From positions 1 to 48,697 of the forward strand of contig JBJDXJ010000025.1 of NCBI GenBank assembly GCA_051866635.1: a DNA stretch of 48,697 nucleotides, in the 5' to 3' direction. Positions 1 to 10,092 of the stretch are shown here, piece by piece. The DNA comes from Clostridia bacterium (lineage in GTDB: Bacteria > Bacillota > Clostridia > UMGS1883). The notes under the pieces are model-generated. The model saw only the letters and a list, made by a program, of their open reading frames with translations, was not told where the DNA came from and ran no database searches. Position numbers and translations under genes: made by a program. How positions within the stretch are numbered: the stretch's first letter is position 1; every line of letters starts with the position of its first letter.

Positions 1-1
1 T

Positions 2-136
2 AATGTTACAGACTCATCACAGTCAAGCTCTTCCGGCTTCTTTGGCGGCATGGGCGGCATGAGTGGTGCGAGCAGCATGCATGGCAGTATGCCCGGCGGC
101 GGTGGCGGCGGAATGCCCATGGGCGGTATGAGATAA
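2..136 (+). CDS. 3' end of a truncated CDS, probably the MacA-like efflux adaptor subunit; Gly/Met-rich tail
   Basis: Open frame from position 2 reads NVTDSSQSSSSGFFGGMGGMSGASSMHGSMPGGGGGGMPMGGMR* (TAA 134-136). Identity inferred from its position upstream of a MacB-type ATPase and permease. Confidence 0.6.
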   Translation, partial: NVTDSSQSSSSGFFGGMGGMSGASSMHGSMPGGGGGGMPMGGMR

Positions 137-156
137 CTTAAAAGGAGACCGGGTAT

Positions 157-852
157 ATGATAAGAATTGAAGATATGTATAAAATATACAAGGTTGGCGA
201 CAGTGAAGTAAGGGCATTGGACGGTGTAAGCTTACATATTAAACCTAAGGAATTTGTAAGCATTATAGGTCCATCAGGTTCAGGTAAATCAACTCTTATG
301 AATATGATAGGCTGTCTTGACACCGCCACCAGCGGAACGTATCTTATTGACGGTGTTCCTATTGAAAACTTGTCCGAAAACGAGCTTGCAAGAATACGTA
401 ATAAAAAAATCGGATTTATATTTCAGGTTTATAACCTTTTACCTAAACTGACGGCATTGGAAAATGTGGAGCTTCCCTTGGTGTATCAGGGTATCCGTGC
501 TTCAAAAAGGCGTGAGATGGCAATTGAAGCCTTGAAAAAGGTAGGCATGGACAAACGTATGTACCATAAACCTAAGGAGCTTTCGGGCGGTCAGCAACAG
601 AGAGTTGCCATTGCCCGTGCATTGGCTCCCCATCCACCCCTTATTCTTGCAGATGAACCTACAGGTGCTCTTGACTCCAAAACAGGTATACAGGTTATGG
701 AAATGTTAAAGGAAATTCATGCAGACGGCAACACTGTTGTCCTTATTACACATAATACTGATATTGCCCGTCAGGCACAGCGTGTTATACGAATTGCCGA
801 CGGTAAAATTACAAGCGATACTACAGAAACAGGGGAGGTTGTTTGCGAATGA
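157..852 (+). CDS. ABC transporter ATP-binding protein (MacB/LolD type)
   Basis: Walker [10 protein letters not shown], signature [15 protein letters not shown], Walker [12 protein letters not shown]; SD AAGGAG upstream. Confidence 0.95.
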   Translation: MIRIEDMYKIYKVGDSEVRALDGVSLHIKPKEFVSIIGPSGSGKSTLMNMIGCLDTATSGTYLIDGVPIENLSENELARIRNKKIGFIFQVYNLLPKLTALENVELPLVYQGIRASKRREMAIEALKKVGMDKRMYHKPKELSGGQQQRVAIARALAPHPPLILADEPTGALDSKTGIQVMEMLKEIHADGNTVVLITHNTDIARQAQRVIRIADGKITSDTTETGEVVCE

Positions 853-2039
853 ATCTTATTATGAGCTTTAAAATGGCTATATCCTCTGTGTGGTCAAGTA
901 AGGTACGTTCCTTTCTCACGATGCTTGGAATCATTATCGGCGTTGCGGCGGTTATTGTGTTGGTAAGCATGGTTTCAGCCGCACAGAAGAATATGAAAAC
1001 ACAGCTTGAAAGCATGGGTACAAACCTTATTACCGTAAGTATCAACCGTGGCTGGGGCACAGGACGAAGCGTGTCAAATGATGAGCTTCAGGCATTCTGT
1101 GAGGAAAACAGCGATATTATATCATACTGTTCTCCGGCCATCTCATCAAGAGGTACAATAAAGTACGGCGGTAACAATGTTACATCTACTCTTTACGGCG
1201 TAAGCTCCGATTACATAAACATCCGAAACCGCGAGGTTGTGTCAGGACGTAACTTTAACATAAACGATACACAGAACAGAACAAGCGTGTGTCTTGTTGG
1301 TGAATATCTTGTACAGGAGCTTTTTAAGGGTATGGATCCCGTTGACCAGAAACTGAAAATCAACAACGAAGTATTTACCGTTATAGGCGTTCTTGACCAG
1401 AAGAGCAGTAACGTTTCTTCAGGCGGTGAAGATGATATTATTTTAATTCCCTATACAAAGGCACAAAGACTTTTAAGAAATGCGGGTATTACAAGTTTTG
1501 TCCTTTCTGCGGCAAGTTCCGACTATACAGGTGATGCGACGGAAGCTGTTGAAAACTTTTTGTACAAAAAGTTTAAAAACGATGATTTCTATAACGTAAT
1601 GGACCAGGCGGCAATTGTTGATTCCATTGATGAAGCCCTGGGCATAATGGCTGTCCTTGCGGCAGGTATTGCAGGCATTTCACTTGTTGTTGCAGGTATC
1701 GGTATTATGAATATCATGCTTGTTACAGTAACGGAAAGAACACGTGAAATCGGTATACGTAAGTCAATCGGTGCAAGAACAGGCGTAATTCTTACACAGT
1801 TCTTGGTGGAAAGTGCCGTCATAAGCTGTATAGGCGGTATAATAGGCATTATACTGGGCGTGGCGGGAAGCACGGTCCTATGTCAGGCAATGGGTATGCA
1901 ATCGCTTACTGTAGCAGAGCAGATGAATACAATCTTAGGTTCCTTTGCCTTCTCTGCGGCAATGGGCATAGCCTTTGGTTTATACCCTGCAAGAAGGGCG
2001 GCTAAACTTAACCCCGTAGATGCATTGAGATTTGACTAA
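849..2039 (+). CDS. ABC transporter permease (MacB/FtsX family)
   Basis: RSFLTMLGIIIGV, GIGIMNIMLVTVTERTREIGIRKSIGA and PARRAAKLNPVDALR motifs; ATG at 849 overlaps the upstream TGA (ATGA). Confidence 0.93.
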   Translation: MNLIMSFKMAISSVWSSKVRSFLTMLGIIIGVAAVIVLVSMVSAAQKNMKTQLESMGTNLITVSINRGWGTGRSVSNDELQAFCEENSDIISYCSPAISSRGTIKYGGNNVTSTLYGVSSDYINIRNREVVSGRNFNINDTQNRTSVCLVGEYLVQELFKGMDPVDQKLKINNEVFTVIGVLDQKSSNVSSGGEDDIILIPYTKAQRLLRNAGITSFVLSAASSDYTGDATEAVENFLYKKFKNDDFYNVMDQAAIVDSIDEALGIMAVLAAGIAGISLVVAGIGIMNIMLVTVTERTREIGIRKSIGARTGVILTQFLVESAVISCIGGIIGIILGVAGSTVLCQAMGMQSLTVAEQMNTILGSFAFSAAMGIAFGLYPARRAAKLNPVDALRFD

Positions 2040-2063
2040 AATCATATATAGAGGAGAAAAAAC

Positions 2064-4340
2064 ATGGTTAAAAAAATAATAGCAATGACCCTTGCCCTTG
2101 CGATGATGTTTTCCATAAATGTGGGTGCAAAAACCTTTTACGATGTGACAGATACAAGTGAATATGGCTATGCAATTGATGTTCTCAGTGACTTAGGCGT
2201 ACTGTCAGGCATGGGCGATGGCGGATTTGCACCTTACAATTATCTGACACGTGCACAGTTTGCAAAAATTGCAGTTTGCATACTTGGCAGAACAGAGGAA
2301 GCGGTTGAAACTACAGATGCCTTTTCCGATGTAAAAAATACAGATTGGTATTCAGGCTATGTTAATTTGGTTGCAACGGAAGGTATAATTACAGGCTACC
2401 CCGATGGTACATTCGGGGCAAATGACTACATAACTTATGCACAGGCGGTGACGGTTCTTGTACGCATTTTAGGCTATGATGCCTCCGATGTAGGCTACAA
2501 ATGGCCTCAGGGCTATATTGACAAGGCAAATGTATTGGGACTGACGGAAGGCTTTAACATAAGTTCAAATAGCCCAATTACACGTCAGGATGCCGCCCTT
2601 CTTATTTATCGTGCCCTTTTCACAGATATGAAAAACACCGACAGTAACCTTGTTACAAAGATGAAAAAGAATGTGTATGAAGATGCTGTTATCATTGCAA
2701 CAAAGAAAGAGGATGTTACACTTCTTTCCAACCAGGTGCAAACAGATAAGGGAACATTTAAGTATAAGAGTGATATGGATTTTTCCGCTCTTATTGGACA
2801 CGAAGGCACATTTTTGGTAAATGACGAAGATGAAATTATCGTATTTGAACCTTCGGAGGATGTAACGGGGGTTGAATACACAATTTCCGCAGTGTATACA
2901 GAAGAAGGTGCCGACAGTGTTTCTCTCGTTATGGAAACAGGGGAAACTGTGGAAATAAAGAATAAAACAGTTGTTTATATGGGTGATAGTACATATACTG
3001 CGTCAAAACTTGCAGAAGGCATTAATTCAGGCAGTAAAATTGTCCTTTTCATTGAAAATGATAACATAAAGCGTGCTGTTGTTGACGAATACAAGTACGA
3101 AGGACCAAGAACAATAAAGGCTAAGGAAAGTATTGAAGATATTTTTGAAATTGCAGATATGGCTACCCTTAAGGTAATAAGAAAGGGCCTTTTAGCATCG
3201 ACATCCGATCTTAGTGAGCATGATGTTGTATACTATTCCGAAAAGACAAACACAGTTTATGCTTATGCAGACCGTGTAACAGGCGTATACGAAGATGCAT
3301 ACCCCATGAAGAGTGTTGTTACAGAGGTAACAGTATCGGGAAACAAATATAAGCTTGCCACAAAGACTGCTATAAATAAGCTTAACGAGTCAGAGGGTGC
3401 ATTTAAAATCGGCGACAGAGTAACGCTTCTCTTTGGTGAAAGCGGCGATGTTGTAGACGTTGTAAGTTTAACCGAGGACCACGTTTCAAACTATGGCGTT
3501 GTTACAGGCTTTAGCAAGGAAATTTCCGAAGATGAAGACACAAAGGGCAGAACTGTTTATTATGTAACAGTTATGAGTACCGATGGCACTGAAACAAAGC
3601 ATTTGGTAAAAGATGATGAATACGAAGACAATATCGGCGATTTTTGCAGTATTGACTTTGAGGATACATATGCCGTTCTTTCTTTCCCCCAGAAGGTTGT
3701 GGAAACAGGTTTAATCCTTAAGGATAAGAAAACTTTGGGTACATTCAAATTTGCAAATGATTATGCAATTATGGAATACTGTGACGGTAACTCTACTAAG
3801 GCTGTTGTTTCAACACTTACCCTTGCAGATGTTGACAACATCACACTTACAAAGAACGATGTAATCCATGTACAGAAGAACAACATGGGCGAAATTACGG
3901 TACTTTATCTTGACAACGTTTCAGGTAACAAAAATAAATACGGCGTGATTATTTCAGTGCCTACAGGTACAAAGACAGGTACATACACCCTCCTTAGCGG
4001 CACAGAAGAATATTCACAAAGCGGTACCTACACATCTTTCTCAAAGGGTGACTGTGTATTATATTACCAAGGTCTTAACGGAACTGATATAGAACCTATG
4101 AAGAAAATCGGCGAAGGCATAAAAATCTCAAACTACGTTGATAATGTAATCTACATGAACGGAAAGAGCTACATTATGGCAGACGATGTTACAGTTTATG
4201 CAGGACGTAACACTACAGAGCTTAAGACAATTTCTCTTGACGATGCAATGAGCCTCACAGGTGACATCACATTCCATTCAGACAGAAGTCTTGCCTCCGG
4301 CGGTAGGGTAAGAGTAATCAGAATTTTCACATCATATTAA
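2064..4340 (+). CDS. S-layer homology (SLH) domain surface protein
   Basis: Signal peptide followed by three SLH-like repeats (LTRAQFA, GIITGYPDGTF..ITYAQAV, ITRQDAA); long C-terminal region of unknown function. Confidence 0.85.
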   Translation: MVKKIIAMTLALAMMFSINVGAKTFYDVTDTSEYGYAIDVLSDLGVLSGMGDGGFAPYNYLTRAQFAKIAVCILGRTEEAVETTDAFSDVKNTDWYSGYVNLVATEGIITGYPDGTFGANDYITYAQAVTVLVRILGYDASDVGYKWPQGYIDKANVLGLTEGFNISSNSPITRQDAALLIYRALFTDMKNTDSNLVTKMKKNVYEDAVIIATKKEDVTLLSNQVQTDKGTFKYKSDMDFSALIGHEGTFLVNDEDEIIVFEPSEDVTGVEYTISAVYTEEGADSVSLVMETGETVEIKNKTVVYMGDSTYTASKLAEGINSGSKIVLFIENDNIKRAVVDEYKYEGPRTIKAKESIEDIFEIADMATLKVIRKGLLASTSDLSEHDVVYYSEKTNTVYAYADRVTGVYEDAYPMKSVVTEVTVSGNKYKLATKTAINKLNESEGAFKIGDRVTLLFGESGDVVDVVSLTEDHVSNYGVVTGFSKEISEDEDTKGRTVYYVTVMSTDGTETKHLVKDDEYEDNIGDFCSIDFEDTYAVLSFPQKVVETGLILKDKKTLGTFKFANDYAIMEYCDGNSTKAVVSTLTLADVDNITLTKNDVIHVQKNNMGEITVLYLDNVSGNKNKYGVIISVPTGTKTGTYTLLSGTEEYSQSGTYTSFSKGDCVLYYQGLNGTDIEPMKKIGEGIKISNYVDNVIYMNGKSYIMADDVTVYAGRNTTELKTISLDDAMSLTGDITFHSDRSLASGGRVRVIRIFTSY

Positions 4341-4354
4341 TCAGTAAATTTGGT

Positions 4355-4393
4355 AAAAAGGCGGTATACATTTTTCGTGTGCCGCCTTTTTTT
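4355..4393 (+). terminator. Intrinsic terminator
   Basis: AAAAAGGCGGTATAC / GTGTGCCGCCTTTTT hairpin followed by a T-tract. Confidence 0.8.
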
Positions 4394-4452
4394 GCTTGTT
4401 TTTTTTGTATTGCGATGATATAATTATAGTATTAAAGTGGGGAGGGATTACC

Positions 4453-7023
4453 ATGGGCGAAATGACCCCTATGATGAAGCAATATTTAAGCATAAAAGAA
4501 GAAAATAAAGATGCAATATTGATGTTTCGCTTAGGCGATTTTTATGAAATGTTTTTCGAGGATGCAGTTACCGCATCTAAGGAATTGGAGCTGACTTTAA
4601 CAGGCCGTGACTGCGGACAGGAGGAACGTGCACCCATGTGCGGTGTGCCCTTCCATGCGGCCCAAGTCTATATAACACGCCTTGTGGCAAAGGGCTACAA
4701 GGTTGCCATATGCGAACAGGTGGAGGACCCTAAGGAAGCACAGGGTATTGTACAAAGACAGGTTATAAGGATTGTTACGCCGGGCACAAACCTTGACGAC
4801 GGTGTTGTAAACAGCCAAAGCACAAATTATATATGTGCAATTTTAAGAAAAGGCGAGAAAAACGCAGTGGTTTTTGCAGATGTGTCCTCAGGGGAGCTTT
4901 CAGGAACTGTTATTGAGAAGGACAAGACAGGGAACCTTTTAATAAATGAAATTGCAAAATTTTCCCCTGTTGAAATTGCCTTAAGCACAGAGGCGGCAGA
5001 AAACAGCCTACTGAAAGAATATATTAAATTAAGCACACATGCCCTTTGTTTTTCCTTTGATGAAAATGAAATAAAGGACAAGGCAACAGATATTGTAAAA
5101 GAACAAATCCGTAACGCAGTTGAAATTACAGATAGTGACTTACTTATTGCAACAGGTGCCATAATTGCCTATATAAAGGAAACGCAAAAGGGTGCAATCC
5201 CTCATATGCGTGACATTTCAATTTATACACCCGGGGAATTTGTGGAAATCGATGCCGCTTCACGGCGTAACCTTGAACTTACGGAAACAATGCGTGACAA
5301 ACAAAAACGCGGCTCACTTTACGGCGTTTTGGACAAAACAAAAACCGCCATGGGTTCACGTACAATCAAAAATTGGATTTTACGCCCCTTGGTTGACCCT
5401 GTGAAAATTACAAACAGACTTAACGCCGTTGAAGAAATGGTTAATAACCTTACCTTACGTGAGGACATTTCCGAATGTATAAAAAAAGTTTGGGATATTG
5501 AAAGGTTAATGGCACGTGTAAGTTTAAAAATGGCAAACGCCAAGGATTTGGTTGCACTACGTAGCTCTTTTCGTGAAATACCAGAAATTAAAAGGCTTCT
5601 TAAAAACTTTAAGGGGGTATACCTTTCCTACCGTGAAGGCATGATTGACCCCTTGGAGGATATATGCCGCCTTTTGGACAAAGCCCTTTTGGACGAGGTT
5701 CCCATATCCCTTCGTGAAGGTAATATTATAAGACCCGGCTACAGCGAAGAAATTGACAAGCTAAAAACGGCAAGTAAAAACGGCAGGGAATTTATTGCAA
5801 CCTTAGAGGCAAAGGAAAGGGAGCGAACGGGCATAAAAAACCTTAAGGTTGGTTTTAACAAGGTCTTTGGTTACTATATTGACGTGAGCAAAGGCAATGT
5901 TGATAAGGTGCCTGATGATTATATCCGTAAACAGACATTGGTTAATAATGAAAGATATATCACTCTTGAATTAAAGGAAGCGGAAAGTGCAGTTTTAGGT
6001 GCACAGGAAAGGCTTGTTGAATTAGAATACAATGCCTTTGTTGAAATACGTGACATTGTTGGTGAAAACCTTGAACGTATTATGAAAACCGCAAAGGCAA
6101 TAAGCGAGGTTGACGCCATATATTCCCTTGCAACTGTTGCCGTAAAAAATAACTACAAAAAGCCCGTTGTAACAGTAGGTGACCACCTTTTTATAAAAGA
6201 CGGCAGACACAGCGTTGTTGAACATATTTCAAAAGGCATATTTGTACCTAACGACACCAATTTAAGTAAAGAAAATTTTGCGATGGTCATAACAGGACCG
6301 AACATGGCAGGTAAAAGCACATATATGCGGCAAAATGCCCTTATTGTGCTTATGGCACAGATGGGAAGCTTTGTTCCTGCGGCGGAATGTAATTTAGGCG
6401 TTGTTGACAAAATCTTTACCAGAATAGGTGCTTCCGATGACTTAACACGGGGACAAAGTACCTTTATGCTGGAAATGAGCGAAGTAAGCTACATTTTAAA
6501 TAATGCAACAGGGAAAAGCCTTATAATCCTTGACGAAATAGGTAGAGGTACATCAACATATGACGGCCTTTCAATAGCCTGGGCAGTGATGGAGCATCTT
6601 GCAAAAAAGGTGAAAGCAAAGACACTTTTTGCAACCCATTACCACGAATTAGAGGTTTTGGAACAGGAGATAAAGGGTGTTAAAAACTTTAACACCGCCT
6701 GCAAAAAGCGTGGGGATGAAATTACCTTCTTAAGAAAAATTGTACCCGGCAGTGCACAGGCAAGCTACGGTATTGAAGTTGCCCTTCTTGCAGGGGTGCC
6801 TAATTCTGTTGTATCACGTGCTAAGGAAATATTGAAAAGTGTTGAAAACGGGGAACGTGAAAAGCCTGCAACAGAGGAGAAAAAGGACGATTGTATGCAG
6901 ATGGGATTTTCCATGACAAATCAGGTGGTGGAGGATTTAAAGAACATTGACCCTACAGTCTTAACTCCCATTGAAGCTATGAATAAGCTTTACGAGCTTT
7001 GCCAAAAGGCGAAAAATATGTAA
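4453..7023 (+). CDS. mutS: DNA mismatch repair protein MutS
   Basis: TPMMKQY..FRLGDFYEMF, TGPNMAGKSTYMRQ, DEIGRGTST, FATHYHEL; start moved to ATG 4453 after GGAGG. Confidence 0.98.
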   Translation: MGEMTPMMKQYLSIKEENKDAILMFRLGDFYEMFFEDAVTASKELELTLTGRDCGQEERAPMCGVPFHAAQVYITRLVAKGYKVAICEQVEDPKEAQGIVQRQVIRIVTPGTNLDDGVVNSQSTNYICAILRKGEKNAVVFADVSSGELSGTVIEKDKTGNLLINEIAKFSPVEIALSTEAAENSLLKEYIKLSTHALCFSFDENEIKDKATDIVKEQIRNAVEITDSDLLIATGAIIAYIKETQKGAIPHMRDISIYTPGEFVEIDAASRRNLELTETMRDKQKRGSLYGVLDKTKTAMGSRTIKNWILRPLVDPVKITNRLNAVEEMVNNLTLREDISECIKKVWDIERLMARVSLKMANAKDLVALRSSFREIPEIKRLLKNFKGVYLSYREGMIDPLEDICRLLDKALLDEVPISLREGNIIRPGYSEEIDKLKTASKNGREFIATLEAKERERTGIKNLKVGFNKVFGYYIDVSKGNVDKVPDDYIRKQTLVNNERYITLELKEAESAVLGAQERLVELEYNAFVEIRDIVGENLERIMKTAKAISEVDAIYSLATVAVKNNYKKPVVTVGDHLFIKDGRHSVVEHISKGIFVPNDTNLSKENFAMVITGPNMAGKSTYMRQNALIVLMAQMGSFVPAAECNLGVVDKIFTRIGASDDLTRGQSTFMLEMSEVSYILNNATGKSLIILDEIGRGTSTYDGLSIAWAVMEHLAKKVKAKTLFATHYHELEVLEQEIKGVKNFNTACKKRGDEITFLRKIVPGSAQASYGIEVALLAGVPNSVVSRAKEILKSVENGEREKPATEEKKDDCMQMGFSMTNQVVEDLKNIDPTVLTPIEAMNKLYELCQKAKNM

Positions 7024-7047
7024 AAAAGCCTTAAGTGAGGTGAAAAT

Positions 7048-8943
7048 ATGAAAAGAATAAATGTACTTGATAAATCAGTTGCCGAAAAAATTGCCGCCGG
7101 TGAAGTTGTTGAAAGGCCTCAGAGCGTTGTAAAGGAGCTTGTGGAAAACAGCATTGACGCACTTGCCACAAGTGTTACTGTGGAGATTGAAAAGGGCGGC
7201 ACAAGCTATATCCGTGTAACGGATAACGGAACAGGTATCCACAGTGAGGATGTGTCTGTTGCCTTTCTTCGCCATGCCACAAGTAAAATACAAAATGAGA
7301 CTGACCTTGAATCTATCGGAACGTTGGGCTTCAGAGGCGAAGCACTTTGCTCCATAAGTGCTGTAAGCCGTACAGAGCTTATCACAAAAACAGCCATAGA
7401 GGATTTAGGCACCTTCATGGTGGTTGAAGGCGGCGAAACTGTAAAATGTGAACAGACGGGCTGTCCCTTAGGCACAACTGTTACCGTGAGAAATCTTTTC
7501 TTTAACACCCCTGCACGGTACAAATTCTTGAAAAAGGACACTACGGAAAGTGCCTATATTACCGATGTTTGCCAAAGGGTGGCGTTAAGTCATCCCGAGG
7601 TGTCTTTTAGGTATATCCGTGACGGAAAAGAAATTTTCTTCACCCCAGGTGACAATGTTTTGAAAAACACCGTAAGGGCAGTTTTCGGAAAGGATATTTC
7701 AAATGCCTTAACAGAGGTCAGCTACACGGGCGGCTTATGTCACATAACAGGTCTTACCTGTACAAATAACCTCTCTCGTCCCAACAGGAATATGCAGTAT
7801 TTTTTTGTAAACGGGAGACTTGTGAAAAGTGCAATTTTGTCCCTTGCCATGAGCGAGGCGTACAAAAACGAGCTTATGGTGGGAAGATATCCTGTATGCA
7901 TGATTCATATAAACCTTCCCTGTGATATGGTGGATGTTAACGTACATCCTGCCAAAACAGAAGTTAAGTTTGTAAACGAGGACGAGGTTTACAGAAGTGT
8001 GGTTTTTGCCGCAAAGGATGCAATTGTGAAAAAATCATCACCCAAAGTGCAACTTCGGCAAGCTGAAAAGGCATTTAAAATGCCTGTGGAAACAAAAAAT
8101 ATTGTTCAGGAAAACTTTAAAAACAAGGTAACCGTGAAGCCTGAGACGTCCTTTGCACCGATTTTTGAAAAAGAAAAGCCAAAGGAAGTAAAAACAAGCT
8201 TTACCCCCATAAAAACTGAAAAAGTTGCCTACAGCAAAGACAGTTTGCCCGTAAAGAAAATTGAAAGCCTTGCCGCACGTGAGGACGGCTCTTTTATCCC
8301 TTTGGCGGAAAAACCCTTAAAGAAGGAAAAAAGCGTTATTATTCCCAAAGAAGAAAAGGCAGAAAAAACCGTTGAGATACCCGACTTTTTGGTTGTAGGT
8401 CAGATTTTCGCAACATATATTATTATCCAAATGGACAACGAAATGATAATGATTGACCAGCATGCGGCACACGAGAGGATAAATTACGAAAGAATAAAAA
8501 ACAAGGGCTGTGTAAAACAGACCGTTCTTATGCCTCTGATTGTTAACCTTTCGCCAAACGAAAAAGCAGCATGGCTTGAAAATAGCTCCTTTATGGACTC
8601 CATGGGCTTTGAGGGGGAGGATTTCGGTCAGGACAGCGTAATTGTCAGAACACTTCCCTCGGATATTGACTACGAGGACGGGGAAGGGCTGTTTTTAGAA
8701 ATAATCAACTCCTTTATGGGGCAGGGAACGGGCGAGATTAGCTATTTAAGGGACAAGGCAGTTTACACAATAGCCTGTAAGGCGGCTATTAAAGCAAATA
8801 AAAAGCTAAGTGAACGAGAAATGGAAAACTTGGTAAAGGAAGTATTTTTACTGCAAGGCATTTCAACTTGTCCCCACGGACGACCCATTATGGTGAAAAT
8901 GAATAAATATCAGATTGAAAAAATGTTTAAAAGGATTGTATGA
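7048..8943 (+). CDS. mutL: DNA mismatch repair endonuclease MutL
   Basis: IAAGEVVERP..VVKELVENSIDA, LGFRGEAL, endonuclease motif DQHAAHER, CPHGRP. Confidence 0.98.
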   Translation: MKRINVLDKSVAEKIAAGEVVERPQSVVKELVENSIDALATSVTVEIEKGGTSYIRVTDNGTGIHSEDVSVAFLRHATSKIQNETDLESIGTLGFRGEALCSISAVSRTELITKTAIEDLGTFMVVEGGETVKCEQTGCPLGTTVTVRNLFFNTPARYKFLKKDTTESAYITDVCQRVALSHPEVSFRYIRDGKEIFFTPGDNVLKNTVRAVFGKDISNALTEVSYTGGLCHITGLTCTNNLSRPNRNMQYFFVNGRLVKSAILSLAMSEAYKNELMVGRYPVCMIHINLPCDMVDVNVHPAKTEVKFVNEDEVYRSVVFAAKDAIVKKSSPKVQLRQAEKAFKMPVETKNIVQENFKNKVTVKPETSFAPIFEKEKPKEVKTSFTPIKTEKVAYSKDSLPVKKIESLAAREDGSFIPLAEKPLKKEKSVIIPKEEKAEKTVEIPDFLVVGQIFATYIIIQMDNEMIMIDQHAAHERINYERIKNKGCVKQTVLMPLIVNLSPNEKAAWLENSSFMDSMGFEGEDFGQDSVIVRTLPSDIDYEDGEGLFLEIINSFMGQGTGEISYLRDKAVYTIACKAAIKANKKLSEREMENLVKEVFLLQGISTCPHGRPIMVKMNKYQIEKMFKRIV

Positions 8944-9842
8944 TGAAAAATATTGTTGTAATAGCAGGACCTACCGCATCGGGGAAAACTGCTCTTTCCA
9001 TACGTCTTGCAAAGGAATTTGACGGGGAAATTGTTTCTGCCGATTCCATGCAGGTGTACAAGGGCATGGACATAGGCACTGCAAAGCCCGATGAGGAAGA
9101 AATGGAAAATATACCCCATCATATGCTTTCTGTGGCAGAACCCACAGATTCTTACAGCACAAAGGATTTTATTGAAGGGGCAAAAAAAGCAATAGAAGAC
9201 ATAACAAGCCGTAACAAGCTCCCCATTGTGGTGGGCGGTACGGGAATGTATCTTGATATTTTAACGGGCAGAATGGGGTTTGATGCCCCTGCCGGCGATG
9301 AAAAGGTACGGGAGGAGCTTACTGCCCTTTATGAAAAAGAGGGAACGGATGCCCTTTATGAAATATTCTTAAAGGAAGCGGGCGAATATAAAGACAAAAT
9401 CCACAAAAATGACATAAAAAGGGTTATGCGTGCTATTGAAAGAGCAAGGTGCGGTTATGAAAAAAAAGACATCAATGTAAAAAAAGAGTATAATTCTTTG
9501 TGGTTTGCTATTGATATTGACCGTGATACACTGTATAATAAAATAGATAGACGTGTGGATGTTATGTTTGAAAAGGGGCTTTTGGAAGAAGTAAGAAGTG
9601 TGATTATACCTATCAGGGATAAATGCACAACATCTCTTCAAGGCATCGGATACAAGGAAGTTCTTATGTATACCGACGGTATCCTTTCCTTCGAGGAAAT
9701 GAAGGCTCTTATAAAAAAGCGGTCCCGTAACTACGCAAAACGTCAGTTAACATGGTTTCGAAGGAACGAAGAAATAAATTATCTGTCACAAGAAAATGCA
9801 TTTGAAGAAGCGAAAAATATAATAAACGAAAGGTTTGATTAA
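8940..9842 (+). CDS. miaA: tRNA dimethylallyltransferase
   Basis: [40 protein letters not shown]. Confidence 0.97.
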   Translation: MMKNIVVIAGPTASGKTALSIRLAKEFDGEIVSADSMQVYKGMDIGTAKPDEEEMENIPHHMLSVAEPTDSYSTKDFIEGAKKAIEDITSRNKLPIVVGGTGMYLDILTGRMGFDAPAGDEKVREELTALYEKEGTDALYEIFLKEAGEYKDKIHKNDIKRVMRAIERARCGYEKKDINVKKEYNSLWFAIDIDRDTLYNKIDRRVDVMFEKGLLEEVRSVIIPIRDKCTTSLQGIGYKEVLMYTDGILSFEEMKALIKKRSRNYAKRQLTWFRRNEEINYLSQENAFEEAKNIINERFD

Positions 9843-9843
9843 A

Positions 9844-10089
9844 ATGAAACAAATTACAAACTTACAGGACGTATTTTTAAATCAGGTAAGAAAAGACCGC
9901 ACAGCCATAACAATCTTTCTTGTAAACGGTTATCAGCTCCGCGGTATTGTGCGAGGATTTGACAATTATATAATTATTCTCGACTCTGAGGGCAAACAGC
10001 AGATGGTTTATAAGCATGCCGTTTCAACTATCAGCCCTATGGTACCTGTGAATTTTGTAGCCGCAGAACAGGAAGCAGTTGAAGAATAA
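9844..10089 (+). CDS. hfq: RNA chaperone Hfq
   Basis: [32 protein letters not shown]; canonical position after miaA. Confidence 0.97.
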   Translation: MKQITNLQDVFLNQVRKDRTAITIFLVNGYQLRGIVRGFDNYIIILDSEGKQQMVYKHAVSTISPMVPVNFVAAEQEAVEE

Positions 10090-10092
10090 TTC

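Noticed and set aside
4453-10089. mutS-mutL-miaA-hfq cluster, plus a second MutS-family gene at 42591
   Set aside because: Standard clostridial gene order; MutS2 is a distinct, common family and not a duplication.
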